A stretch of DNA of 20,000 nucleotides from an uncultured virus (IMG/VR IMGVR_UViG_3300025949_000021) (IMGVR_UViG_3300025949_000021), one strand, 5' to 3'. Shown: positions 8,250 to 17,073, counted from the stretch's first letter. Translations and numbers: made by a program. The notes: generated by a model not told the origin, from the letters alone.

Positions 8250-9615
8250 TACCGCAAATTTTGGGTCTGGTGATATCGCAACGGAACAAGCACAGCTAAC
8301 CCGACAACAGCAACTTGCTCAGGCTTTAGCGCAACAAGCACAAGCTCCATTGCAGTCTCAGCCGACGCCGCCTGGAGGCTATGCAATACCAATTGGTAAA
8401 GGTGAAGTCTGGGGGAAGATTGGACAAGCATTGGCATCGGCCTATGCAACAAAAGCAACCGCTGATAAAGAAAAAGATTTTAATCAGAATAAACAGGCAA
8501 AAATTGCCGAGGCGCTTGGGAACTATGACAAATTGCGTACAGGTACACCGGAACAAGATGTCAATATTTACGGCACAGATCCAAATCAGCCAACACAAGG
8601 AACAATGCCAGCAGTCGCGCCGAATCCTCGCGGAGCATCATTGGGGTTAATCAGTTCTGGGGTTCCTGAGTTGCAACAGTTCGGCATGCAATCTTTCTTG
8701 GCGCAAAAGGGCCCAGAATCCTTATTCGATAAAATTGCTCCTAAAGATTACACGCCTCAAAGTGTGCAGAAATTTGTTCAAACCCAAAATCCAGCGGATC
8801 TTGTGGCTGTCAGAAAGCAAGAATTCCTTAATACTGGTGGTGGTCACGTCGCCGTAGACCCTTATGCTTCGACGCCTGGGCAAGTTATTCAAAATACAGG
8901 AAGCCCCGCTAAAGACCTTCTTATTCAAGATGCTCAAGGGAATTGGGTCGCGAATACTCCATTGGTTGCGGTTAAGAAGGATATCGCAAAGTCTGGCGCT
9001 ACAAATGTCCAAGTTAAGACCGATGTGAAAACTGGAGAAAGTCTTGCATCACAAGTTGGTCCAATGATGAAAGAATCTACTTTGGCGGCTGAGGGCGCAG
9101 TAAAACAAGCACAGGCAGCAGACCAGATTTTAGGTGCGTTGAGTGGCCCCGCCTACACTGGTCCGGGCGCGAATGTTCGCCTTAAAGGCGCGCAAATTGC
9201 AGACACACTTGGCGTTGGTGGAAAGGATACAGCCGAGAAGATTGCCAACACTCGGACTGCATTGCAAAATCTTTCGCAATTGACTTTGCAAGGCCGTCAA
9301 CAGATGCGAGGCCAAGGAGCTATCACAGAAGGCGAAAGCGCACTTGCTCAACGCGCGGTATCGGGCGATATTGATTTGACTGCTAACGAAATCAAGCAAT
9401 TGGCGAATGCGGCTAAACGTGCAGCAGCATTCCAATATCAAGAACATCAGCGTAAGTTGCAGGTCATGCAGAACAATCCTAACTTGAGTGGAATCGCGCC
9501 GTTTTATCAAGGCCCCGCCATGCAAGATTCCGCGCCAGCACAACAGCCTGTACAAGCACCGCAAGCACCTGCAAAACGTCTTGTTTATGACCCAGCCACA
9601 GGGAGTTTCCGCTAA
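8233..9615 (+). CDS. Putative DNA ejection protein 2 (P22 gp20 position)
   Basis: 460 aa, Q/A-rich and helical, ending KRLVYDPATGSFR. GAGGT RBS; lies between pilot-like genes. Confidence 0.65.
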   Translation: MAFTTNTANFGSGDIATEQAQLTRQQQLAQALAQQAQAPLQSQPTPPGGYAIPIGKGEVWGKIGQALASAYATKATADKEKDFNQNKQAKIAEALGNYDKLRTGTPEQDVNIYGTDPNQPTQGTMPAVAPNPRGASLGLISSGVPELQQFGMQSFLAQKGPESLFDKIAPKDYTPQSVQKFVQTQNPADLVAVRKQEFLNTGGGHVAVDPYASTPGQVIQNTGSPAKDLLIQDAQGNWVANTPLVAVKKDIAKSGATNVQVKTDVKTGESLASQVGPMMKESTLAAEGAVKQAQAADQILGALSGPAYTGPGANVRLKGAQIADTLGVGGKDTAEKIANTRTALQNLSQLTLQGRQQMRGQGAITEGESALAQRAVSGDIDLTANEIKQLANAAKRAAAFQYQEHQRKLQVMQNNPNLSGIAPFYQGPAMQDSAPAQQPVQAPQAPAKRLVYDPATGSFR

Positions 9616-11474
9616 TGGCCCAACAAGTTGAAGTTCCTGGCGTAGGAGTTCTTGAATTCCCAGACAATATGCCTCAAGAGGCTATTGCATCTGCTATTCA
9701 AAAGAACTTTCCTCAAATCCATAATCAGCCACAACAACAAGAAGTTCCGCGCTCTAATGAAATGGGGCCGTCTCTTGACATTGGTGCGCTTGGCCCATTG
9801 CAGGCACAGCAGCCGCCTCAGCAAGCGCCACAGCCTCAGGCGCAACAGGGCGATGCCAGTTTCGGGAATAGGTTCGCTACTGGTCTTACAGATCCTATTC
9901 ACGGTGGTGCGCAAGCATTGACGCACATGCTGCCAGAAGGATTGGTAAATGCGGTAAATCGCGGTACTCAAGCAGTAAATGATGCGCCTATTATCGGCCC
10001 TATCACTAAAGCGTTAGGAATGACTCCTGCCAATTCTGCGCAGATTGATGCAGGAATTCAACAGCGTGAACAAGCGTTGCAAGAAGCTAGGCAAGCTGCA
10101 ATGCCAAATACGCTTACAAGCACCATTACTGGACAAAAAGAAAAGCCGGGTATTGATTGGGCGCGGATGGCTGGTAATGTACTTTCTACATTACCAGTTG
10201 GAGCAGGAATCCCGCAAGGCGCTTCACTTCTTCCTAGAATGCTTTCTGGCGCTGTTAGCGGCACACTGGGAAGTGCAGTAATGCCGGTGACAGAAGGTAA
10301 CTATGCAGATGAAAAAACGCGCCAAATGGCTTTATCTGCGGCATTGGGGTCTGTGGCTGCACCTGTAACAAATGCAGTTGCAAGTGTAATCAAGCCGAAT
10401 ACATCGCCGGAAGTAAAATCCTTGATGGCACAAGGCATAACTCCTACTCCAGGCCAAATTTTAGGTGGTGCAGCAGCCAGGACAGAAGATAAGCTAACCA
10501 GCTTGCCATTGATTGGCGACATGATTTCAGGTGCACAGCGTCGAGGCATAGAAGATTTCAACCGCGCAGCATATGCAAGGGCGTTAGATCCTATTGGTGC
10601 AGCAGTGCCGAAGGAAGTTGGTCGTGAAGGCATTGAGGGCGTGAAGTCTGCTCTTACAAAATCTTATGACGATTTGCTTCCAAAATTGCAATTCAAGGCA
10701 GACACACAATTTTCGACTGAATTACAAAACTTGAATAGCTTGGTTAAAAATGCCCAAACTAATCCTCAAGTTGCGCAGCAATTCAACAAAGTTTTGCAGA
10801 ATGATGTCCTAAGCAGAATTAGTAAATCTGGCGCAATGGATGGCCGTAATTTTAAAGACATGGAATCCGCCTTGGGACAAAGTATTAAGAAATATGCTGG
10901 TAGCTCGAATCCAGCTGATCAAGATATTGCCGCTGCGCTTGGTGAAGTATTGAAATCGGCACGCGAAACACTGTCTAGGTCAAATCCTAATTATGCTGAC
11001 CAATTAAGCAAAATCAATCAAGGATATGCGAACTTTGTTCGCCTGCGATATGCTGCGAGCAAGGTTGGCGCAGATGAAGGTATTTTCACTCCTGCTCAAC
11101 TTCAAAATGCTGTACGCAGTATGGATAAGTCTGCTGGCAAAGGCCGTTTTGCAACTGGCGATGCATTAATGCAGGATCTCAGCGAAGCAGGAAAAACCGT
11201 ATTGGGAAGTAAATACCCTGATTCTGGGACTGCTGGCCGTTCAATGGTTGGAGCAGGGGCAGCGGGAGGATTAGCAATGATCAACCCGAAATTGCTAGCG
11301 GCCGCATTGGCGGCAACCCTTCCTTATACAAAAGCAGGTGGAAAGGTAACCGCTGCTGTTTTAACAAAACGTCCGGAAAGCTTCAAAGCACTTTCTGATG
11401 CATTACGTGCTAGTGCTCCTGCGATTGCGGGTAGTCTTCCATTGGCGATAGGAACGCAAAACCAGTCTCCATAG
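9615..11474 (+). CDS. Putative DNA ejection protein 3 (P22 gp16 position)
   Basis: 619 aa starting VEVPGVGVLEFPDNMPQEAI, with Gly/Ala-rich amphipathic or hydrophobic segments. TAATG coupling to the upstream gene; precedes the tail fibre. Confidence 0.65.
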   Translation: MAQQVEVPGVGVLEFPDNMPQEAIASAIQKNFPQIHNQPQQQEVPRSNEMGPSLDIGALGPLQAQQPPQQAPQPQAQQGDASFGNRFATGLTDPIHGGAQALTHMLPEGLVNAVNRGTQAVNDAPIIGPITKALGMTPANSAQIDAGIQQREQALQEARQAAMPNTLTSTITGQKEKPGIDWARMAGNVLSTLPVGAGIPQGASLLPRMLSGAVSGTLGSAVMPVTEGNYADEKTRQMALSAALGSVAAPVTNAVASVIKPNTSPEVKSLMAQGITPTPGQILGGAAARTEDKLTSLPLIGDMISGAQRRGIEDFNRAAYARALDPIGAAVPKEVGREGIEGVKSALTKSYDDLLPKLQFKADTQFSTELQNLNSLVKNAQTNPQVAQQFNKVLQNDVLSRISKSGAMDGRNFKDMESALGQSIKKYAGSSNPADQDIAAALGEVLKSARETLSRSNPNYADQLSKINQGYANFVRLRYAASKVGADEGIFTPAQLQNAVRSMDKSAGKGRFATGDALMQDLSEAGKTVLGSKYPDSGTAGRSMVGAGAAGGLAMINPKLLAAALAATLPYTKAGGKVTAAVLTKRPESFKALSDALRASAPAIAGSLPLAIGTQNQSP

Positions 11475-11534
11475 GTAGGGCGCGACAACCATTGTAATTG
11501 CGACGGCAATCAGTCGTGCATATTGATCAGACAT
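11403..11534 (-). CDS. Unannotated 43-aa antisense single-pass membrane peptide (candidate superinfection-exclusion factor)
   Basis: Hand translation gives MSDQYARLIAVAITMVVAPYLWRLVLRSYRQWKTTRNRRSTST*. AAAGAGGT lies just upstream of the ATG. A hydrophobic helix is followed by a basic tail. Confidence 0.5.
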   Translation of the reverse strand: MSDQYARLIAVAITMVVAPYLWRLVLRSYRQWKTTRNRRSTST

Positions 11535-11555
11535 ATAACCTCTTTGGAGTAAATA

Positions 11556-12914
11556 ATGGCCCGTAATGGATCAGGAACGTATACAAGCCCAGTTAATTCA
11601 TGGAATCCACAAGTCAATGGTGCGCTTGCTACCGCTCCTGATTTTAACGCTCAATTAGTTGATATTGCTAATGCTCTTACACAAAGTGTATCGGCAGATG
11701 GACAAACGCCAATTACTGGCAATATCAATATGAATGGTAACAAGCTTACCAATCTTGCGCCAGGTGCGAATTCTGGGGATTCTTTACGCTGGCAGCAATT
11801 GTTCAGTCAAGGTATCGAGCAAGATATTGCATCTGCTGCTACGACGGACATTGGCATACAAAACACCAGTTTTCTACGAGTAACTGGGACAACAAGTATT
11901 ACAAGTTTTGGCACAAATTATAACGGCCCACGATATTTGCGATTTAGCGGAATTCTCACGCTTACCTATAATTCCACTACACTGCTTACGCCTGGTTCAT
12001 TAAACATTACAACTGCGCCTGGTGATATCTGCATTGTTACCCCTAAATCGACGGTTTCCGGTACGTCTGATGGATGGCAGGTTCTAGCCTATCAGCAAGC
12101 ATCCACAACGATTGGCTCTCAAATACAGTCTCAGTTGTTTACTGCTTTTACCACAGCAGGAACATCTACAGCTTACACGCTGACGCCAACTCCCGCTATT
12201 ACTGCATTGGCTCCAAATCAAAGATTGCGGGTCAAATTTAATGCTGCAAATACGACCTCTACACCGACCTTAAATGTATCAGCATTAGGCGCGATTGCGA
12301 TTAAATTGGTAGATAGTAATGGAACAAAGATTGACCCGCCAATTGGTATTTTCGCCAATAACAGTTTTTTTGATTTTGAATATGACGGCACAAACTGGGT
12401 TTGCTTATTCGGGACACCTAGCGTAAAAGCAACTCAAATTCAACTTAGCGCCGTAATACCTACTACCTCGGGAACCTCTATTGATTTTATTGGCATTGGC
12501 GCATGGGCAAAAAGAGTAACGATAAACTTTAATGGCGTATCCACCAATGGAACGAATACATTTGCCTTGCAAATGGGGACTTCTGGCGGAATTCAAACAA
12601 ATGCATATTCAAATGTACGTACAATTACCAATACAACAGGGTCTGCTACTGCGGCATCCTCAACTGGTTATTTTGAAATAGCCGGTCCATCATCTGCTGC
12701 ATCTTCTTGTACAGGGCAGGCAATACTCACTTTGCTAGATGCAACAAATGGTATTTGGGTACTATCATCTCAATTAGGCGATGTTCCAAATACTCGGTTT
12801 TATCAATGTGCTGGAAGTAAGCCGCTATCTGGCATTTTAGACAGGATCAGGCTTACAACATCGACTGGCACAGATACGTTTGATGCTGGATCAATCAACG
12901 TCACTTATGAATAA
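11556..12914 (+). CDS. Tail fibre / receptor-binding protein
   Basis: 452 aa with GGAG RBS. N-terminal anchor MARNGSGTY...DIANALTQSVSADGQTPITGNINMNGNKLTNLA, followed by T/S/G-rich beta modules. Confidence 0.8.
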   Translation: MARNGSGTYTSPVNSWNPQVNGALATAPDFNAQLVDIANALTQSVSADGQTPITGNINMNGNKLTNLAPGANSGDSLRWQQLFSQGIEQDIASAATTDIGIQNTSFLRVTGTTSITSFGTNYNGPRYLRFSGILTLTYNSTTLLTPGSLNITTAPGDICIVTPKSTVSGTSDGWQVLAYQQASTTIGSQIQSQLFTAFTTAGTSTAYTLTPTPAITALAPNQRLRVKFNAANTTSTPTLNVSALGAIAIKLVDSNGTKIDPPIGIFANNSFFDFEYDGTNWVCLFGTPSVKATQIQLSAVIPTTSGTSIDFIGIGAWAKRVTINFNGVSTNGTNTFALQMGTSGGIQTNAYSNVRTITNTTGSATAASSTGYFEIAGPSSAASSCTGQAILTLLDATNGIWVLSSQLGDVPNTRFYQCAGSKPLSGILDRIRLTTSTGTDTFDAGSINVTYE

Positions 12915-12926
12915 TTAGGGGATTAC

Positions 12927-13295
12927 ATGTCCTACGAAGCAGGGGTGTTAGGCCTGATAAAGGCCTATGGCTTTAAAGCCGTTTGTGGGGCAATAGGAGT
13001 TTCTATGCTTTACTTAGCTTTGCCACCTTTAAACAAAGATGGCACATTTAACCGTAAAGAGTTCATCTGTCGCATGGCTGCTGCGATTATCTTTTCAACG
13101 TGGCTTGGAGATTGGTTTGTATCAGTTGTAGATGGCGTTCTTCCAATGGTGAAAGCACATGAGTTCCCTGGTGTTTTCTATGCATTCATCGGCGCGCCAG
13201 CATGGTTTATTACGCGAGGGATAGCCGTCTGGATGCATAATAGACAAGATAAAGATATTGGTGAAGTCATCAAAGACGCGAAGGACATTGTATGA
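12927..13295 (+). CDS. Putative holin
   Basis: 122 aa with 2-3 hydrophobic segments and a charged C-terminus. First gene of the lysis cassette. Confidence 0.65.
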   Translation: MSYEAGVLGLIKAYGFKAVCGAIGVSMLYLALPPLNKDGTFNRKEFICRMAAAIIFSTWLGDWFVSVVDGVLPMVKAHEFPGVFYAFIGAPAWFITRGIAVWMHNRQDKDIGEVIKDAKDIV

Positions 13296-13690
13296 AATTA
13301 GTCTTGCAGCGCCAAAAAAGTTCCGACAAATCCACTCTTGGCACGATCTACATTGACGGAAAGTTCGAGTGTTACACATTAGAGGATGTTGAGCGCCCCG
13401 AGAAGATCAAAGGTGAGACGGCTATCCCCGCTGGAACTTACAAAGTCATCCTTACGCAATCTCCACGATTTGGCTGCATCCTTCCTCTTCTAGTTGACGT
13501 GCCAAACTATGAAGGTATCCGTATTCATCCTGGTAACACGGATAAAGATACAGATGGTTGTATTCTTCCGGGCCAATCTCAAGGAAAGGATTTCGTAGGT
13601 AATAGCCGTCTTGCATTCGATGCTCTATTTGCTAAACTGCAATCAGCGAAAAATCCGATTACGATTGAGATTAGGAGTGCAAATGCTTGA
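13292..13690 (+). CDS. DUF5675-family protein, putative endolysin
   Basis: Motifs TLG..YIDG..CYTLED, TAIPAGTY, SPRFG..LPLL.DVP and IRIHPGNT..DTDGCILPG. It sits between the holin and the spanins. Confidence 0.8.
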   Translation: MKLVLQRQKSSDKSTLGTIYIDGKFECYTLEDVERPEKIKGETAIPAGTYKVILTQSPRFGCILPLLVDVPNYEGIRIHPGNTDKDTDGCILPGQSQGKDFVGNSRLAFDALFAKLQSAKNPITIEIRSANA

Positions 13691-14150
13691 TCTGCCAACC
13701 AAGATTGCAATCTTCCTCGGAGGTCTTTTAATAGCGATTGCAGGCGTTTATTTCTACGGTAGCCATCAATACTCAAAAGGGTTTGACCAAGCCAATCTAG
13801 AGGCCACCGCACGCGCAGAAAAGGTATCAGAGGAATACAGGAAGAAAGAGCAAGATTGGAGCACTCAAGCAAAGCAAAAGGATGATGCATATGACCAAGC
13901 AAAAGCGAACACGCAATCTGCCGTTGTTACTCTTACCAGTTCTAATATCAGCTTGCACAACGCAATTGCCGATTACAAGCGTCGATTGTCCCAAGCCTCC
14001 ACAAGTCCCAACGGAACTAGCGACAAAGGAGAAGTCGGGATCGACCTATTTGCAGAATGCTCAGACAAATACAGCGAGTTGGCAAAAGAAACTGCAAGAC
14101 TCGCTGACAAAGTGAATGCTCAGGCTGACTACCTAGTCATAGGCCGATAA
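13683..14150 (+). CDS. Rz: Inner-membrane spanin (i-spanin)
   Basis: ATG at 13683 with an AGGAG RBS. N-terminal TM segment (IAIFLGGLLIAIAGVYFYG), then a coiled coil and a C-terminal Cys. Confidence 0.8.
   Translation: MLDLPTKIAIFLGGLLIAIAGVYFYGSHQYSKGFDQANLEATARAEKVSEEYRKKEQDWSTQAKQKDDAYDQAKANTQSAVVTLTSSNISLHNAIADYKRRLSQASTSPNGTSDKGEVGIDLFAECSDKYSELAKETARLADKVNAQADYLVIGR
13882..14115 (+). CDS. Rz1: Outer-membrane lipoprotein spanin (o-spanin), fully embedded in Rz
   Basis: In the +1 frame inside Rz. Basic N-terminus, hydrophobic stretch, lipobox LISA-C and Pro-rich CPKPPQVP. The exact start Met is uncertain. Confidence 0.8.
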   Translation: MMHMTKQKRTRNLPLLLLPVLISACTTQLPITSVDCPKPPQVPTELATKEKSGSTYLQNAQTNTASWQKKLQDSLTK

Positions 14151-14217
14151 ACTTCTTACGCATTCTACGATCATGCAAGCGCATTGAAACGATAAGTTTG
14201 CGTAATAGTTTTAGCAT
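14137..14217 (-). CDS. Possible 26-aa basic peptide
   Basis: Hand translation gives MLKLLRKLIVSMRLHDRRMRKKFIGL*. The RBS is weak, and the ORF overlaps the 3' end of Rz. Confidence 0.25.
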   Translation of the reverse strand: MLKLLRKLIVSMRLHDRRMRKKFIGL

Positions 14218-14222
14218 GATAG

Positions 14223-14291
14223 TTACCGGTTAGGGTTGCGCTTCTGATCGCGTGCTTTACGGCGTTCGTCTCGGCGTGGTTTCTTGCTCAA
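14223..14291 (-). CDS. Possible 22-aa Arg/Lys-rich peptide
   Basis: TTG start 1 nt after the upstream stop; MSKKPRRDERRKARDQKRNPNR*. Confidence 0.25.
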   Translation of the reverse strand: MSKKPRRDERRKARDQKRNPNR

Positions 14292-14292
14292 T

Positions 14293-14502
14293 TTAATAGC
14301 TCTCTTCAATTTGAATTGCACGCTGCAAACTAACTAACGCCTCTTGCAAATCTTCTGCTTTAGTCTTATGCCCGCGCTGTCCTGGCTGCAAAAGCTTTTT
14401 AATAGCATGTTGGATAGCTGGGTTTGTTACGTTCCATGCTGTCAAAACATCATAAACATCAATTGTTGTTGATGGCACAAGTCGCTGATATTTATTTGTC
14501 AC
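14293..14502 (-). CDS. Small conserved phage protein (DUF3310/SaV-like)
   Basis: Motif IDVYDVL...NPAIQHAIKKLL.PGQRGHK...DLQEA..SL.RA. GTGA overlap with the upstream gene. Confidence 0.65.
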   Translation of the reverse strand: MTNKYQRLVPSTTIDVYDVLTAWNVTNPAIQHAIKKLLQPGQRGHKTKAEDLQEALVSLQRAIQIEESY

Positions 14503-14774
14503 TTGACTATCCCTTTGCTGGCAGTAGCAGCGGTGATGCCGTGAGCCCGTTCGATGGCGCGGGCGAATAGGTGTAGTCGAATATCCATGCTTCCAGCATC
14601 AGGCTGGTAAAAATCTTGTTCGGCAATATCCTGAATCACTGACTCGCTCAGCGGCTCCCGCTTCACGCTGGCAATGGCGAGTTCGGCGTAGGCGCGCATT
14701 TGGTCTGCTGTGTAGGCCCAGCGAACGTTGTCAACGTCTTCTGGCTCTGGCAGCTTAGGTAATTTATCCATCAC
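14499..14774 (-). CDS. Hypothetical phage protein
   Basis: 91 aa with common phage modules LPKLPEP, YTADQMRAYA and FARAIERAHGI. Coupled by overlaps. Confidence 0.7.
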   Translation of the reverse strand: MMDKLPKLPEPEDVDNVRWAYTADQMRAYAELAIASVKREPLSESVIQDIAEQDFYQPDAGSMDIRLHLFARAIERAHGITAATASKGIVK

Positions 14775-15268
14775 TTTTCCTTCCCATGATTTTCATGGAA
14801 TCCAAATTTCTCATTTGCTAATTGTCGCGCTTGTATAGCGGCTTCTTTTGTTCTGAAATACCCTAGATGAATGCGTTTTTTATCCACGGAAATTCTTGCG
14901 TACCATCTATTAATTTCATCGCTGTAATTTATTCCATTGACGCCATATTTATTGTTGGACTGCAATGTCCTGTTTCTTAAGTTCTCAGAATTTGTAGCTT
15001 CTCTGAGATTTGAAATTCTGTTGTTGGATCGATTATGGTCAATATGATCAATGTCATGTGTGGGCCATACTTTGTATGTTAGAAGCCATGCAACTCTATG
15101 CCCTAAATATGTTTTGCCGCCGATTGAAACAGCAACATATCGCTTTGCGCTACCTTTCCCAAGTGGCCTATTCAAGGATCTTCCGACGCCAGGCTTTTTC
15201 CAAAACAAAAGGCCGCTATCAGGCTCGTATCTCAAAATTTCATTGAACTTCAAATAGTCGTCAGCCAT
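14771..15268 (-). CDS. HNH homing endonuclease with C-terminal AP2 domain
   Basis: Likely start at ATG 15268 (MADDYLKF). LRYEPDSGLLFW, HRVAW...IDHIDHNRSNNRISNLREATNSEN, and AP2-like WYARISVDKKRIHLGYF.TKEAA. Confidence 0.9.
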   Translation of the reverse strand: MADDYLKFNEILRYEPDSGLLFWKKPGVGRSLNRPLGKGSAKRYVAVSIGGKTYLGHRVAWLLTYKVWPTHDIDHIDHNRSNNRISNLREATNSENLRNRTLQSNNKYGVNGINYSDEINRWYARISVDKKRIHLGYFRTKEAAIQARQLANEKFGFHENHGKEK

Positions 15269-15845
15269 GCTTCCTAGCCTCCTTTGCTGCGATAGCCCGC
15301 AATGTCCAGCGTACCGCCTTGGTGAACGATTTGAGATTGCAAGGGCAATACGGGTTGCTGGTGCTGAATGTTTCATGCCAGCCGCGCTCGATCTCCGCAT
15401 CCTTCAGGTCGCTGTCCTTCGGCGGGGCGACATATCCGCTGTACTTGTCACCGTCATAGTCGAGAATGAAAGGCTCCTTGTCGATTTCGCCGATCAGGAA
15501 GCGCATGCTGTCGGCCTCGTAGCGCACCCGATCGGGGTATTCCGAGCGAGCGAAGGTGAAGCAGTTCGAGTCAAACAGCGCTGCGCCCTTGCGACGCAGA
15601 GTCGCCGTGAAATTCGACTTGCCGTTGCTTTCAGGCATGGAGCCGCACCAGACTTCCAACTTCACCGGCTCCGCACTTACAGGCGCTGGAGGGGCGGTGT
15701 AGAGCGTGCGGTACGTGTAGCCCTTGATTTCTTCGTTTTCGTCATCGTCTTGCGGCCTTACATCGCGCCATGTTTCGTCACCAAGCCATCTACGTTGCCT
15801 GATCGCCACCGGCTCCGCGCTGCCATTATCTTTATCCACACTCAT
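15261..15845 (-). CDS. Hypothetical mosaic early protein
   Basis: 194 aa with repeated SAEPV modules and LYTAPP. GC-rich; overlaps both neighbours. Confidence 0.7.
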   Translation of the reverse strand: MSVDKDNGSAEPVAIRQRRWLGDETWRDVRPQDDDENEEIKGYTYRTLYTAPPAPVSAEPVKLEVWCGSMPESNGKSNFTATLRRKGAALFDSNCFTFARSEYPDRVRYEADSMRFLIGEIDKEPFILDYDGDKYSGYVAPPKDSDLKDAEIERGWHETFSTSNPYCPCNLKSFTKAVRWTLRAIAAKEARKHG

Positions 15846-16374
15846 GGTTTTTCCTTGAGATCATTTGATCAATTGGTGAATTCCAATTTTTTCCATTGGC
15901 TGCTTTTTGTATTGCAGAACGACTAACGCAAAATCTCTCTTGAAATTCCTTTGCTTTATACAAGCCATTTGCACGATTTTGGTAAGCGCTACGAATTTCA
16001 TTTACTTGAGACAAAGTCAATTTTCTACAGCCATGATTTTCACCAGCGATTCCTCGCCCATGGCGTAACTTATCGGCATAATTTTCTGCCGCTGTTCCCC
16101 ATTTTAAATTTGATAAAGCATTGTTCTTACAATTGCCATCTATATGACAAGCTTCAAAATCTTCGCTTGGACGCGGCTTATCAAAAACAGTCAAAACAAG
16201 AACATGAATGAAATAATTCTTTTTTGTTGCATTTTTGCAAAGTGTTACGTAGTGATATCCGGGTGTACTTAGAGGCTGCTTCATGATCTTTTTTGAGTTT
16301 TTGACTCTACCAAGATCAGAGACACTATAATTTTCATATCCTGGGATTGGCATCCAACGTTCTTCGCTAATCAT
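15832..16374 (-). CDS. NUMOD4-HNH homing endonuclease with C-terminal HTH-like segment
   Basis: EERWMPIPGYENYSVSDLGRV and HVLVLTVF...ACHIDGNCKNNALSNLKWGTAAEN. AT-rich (17/60 GC at 16201-16260). Confidence 0.9.
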   Translation of the reverse strand: MISEERWMPIPGYENYSVSDLGRVKNSKKIMKQPLSTPGYHYVTLCKNATKKNYFIHVLVLTVFDKPRPSEDFEACHIDGNCKNNALSNLKWGTAAENYADKLRHGRGIAGENHGCRKLTLSQVNEIRSAYQNRANGLYKAKEFQERFCVSRSAIQKAANGKNWNSPIDQMISRKNHECG

Positions 16375-16828
16375 CTGTCACCTGCTGCGGTTGGGATTGC
16401 AGGGCGCGAATTTTCTCTCCGGCTTGCCGCAACAATCTATCTTGCAACTCTTCTTCAAACTCAGGGCGGCAGCGAAGGCCGTCGGTAATGGTTGCCGCCT
16501 CTTCCAGCGCCGCATTGCGGATCGCCTCCTTATCTGTTGGCAGTGCTGAGAGAAGGGCGCGGGCCTGCCAGATTTCCCATGCTGCTTGCACCTCATCGTC
16601 CCAGTAGTTTCCGTTGGCTCCTTGGCTAAAATCGTAGTCTTCCATGCGCATGCCGCCGATATCAATCCATGCAGCCTCGAATGCCATGCGCTCATCCGTT
16701 ACTTGCGGCGATGCCAGACTGTTTATGTGCGCAAGCAAAACTCGTGCAGCTTTAGCAGGCTCATTCAAGCAACCACGTTCTTCCAAATCAGCCGCAACTT
16801 TCATTGCTTGTTGTAGTGTCATGTCCAT
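16367..16828 (-). CDS. Hypothetical early phage protein
   Basis: 153 aa with modules ERMAFEAAW, AAWEIWQARA and IRNAALEEAA, typical of phage early ORFs. Confidence 0.7.
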   Translation of the reverse strand: MDMTLQQAMKVAADLEERGCLNEPAKAARVLLAHINSLASPQVTDERMAFEAAWIDIGGMRMEDYDFSQGANGNYWDDEVQAAWEIWQARALLSALPTDKEAIRNAALEEAATITDGLRCRPEFEEELQDRLLRQAGEKIRALQSQPQQVTDD

Positions 16829-16830
16829 GA

Positions 16831-17073
16831 TTAGACCTTTGCTTTCAGCATATGATCGTTTGCACGCGATTGTGCTTCTGCAAGTTGATCAGCAAGCGAT
16901 TGGACTCGCGCATCAGACGAGCGCACCAACTCTTCATTTTCTTGCTTCAAGAACTCAATTTGGCTTTGCAGAAAGCCGATAACTTGATCTGTTTCCTTCT
17001 TCAACGAATCCGAAGGTGAGCGTTGCAGATATGCGCGAACATATCCAATTTCATCTTTATTAAACTTTTGCAT
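16831..17073 (-). CDS. Hypothetical coiled-coil protein
   Basis: 80 aa with a strong AAGGAG RBS. Confidence 0.7.
   Translation of the reverse strand: MQKFNKDEIGYVRAYLQRSPSDSLKKETDQVIGFLQSQIEFLKQENEELVRSSDARVQSLADQLAEAQSRANDHMLKAKV

Noticed and set aside
11556..12914. Diversity-generating retroelement target in the tail fibre
   Set aside because: No reverse transcriptase or template/variable repeat pair was seen in this window.
15269..15400. N-terminal extension of the HNH-AP2 ORF in the track
   Set aside because: It overlaps the upstream gene extensively. The ATG at 15268 gives a typical HNH start and a short overlap.
15267..15926. 219-aa plus-strand ORF
   Set aside because: Antisense shadow of the GC-rich minus-strand gene, with no recognisable motif.
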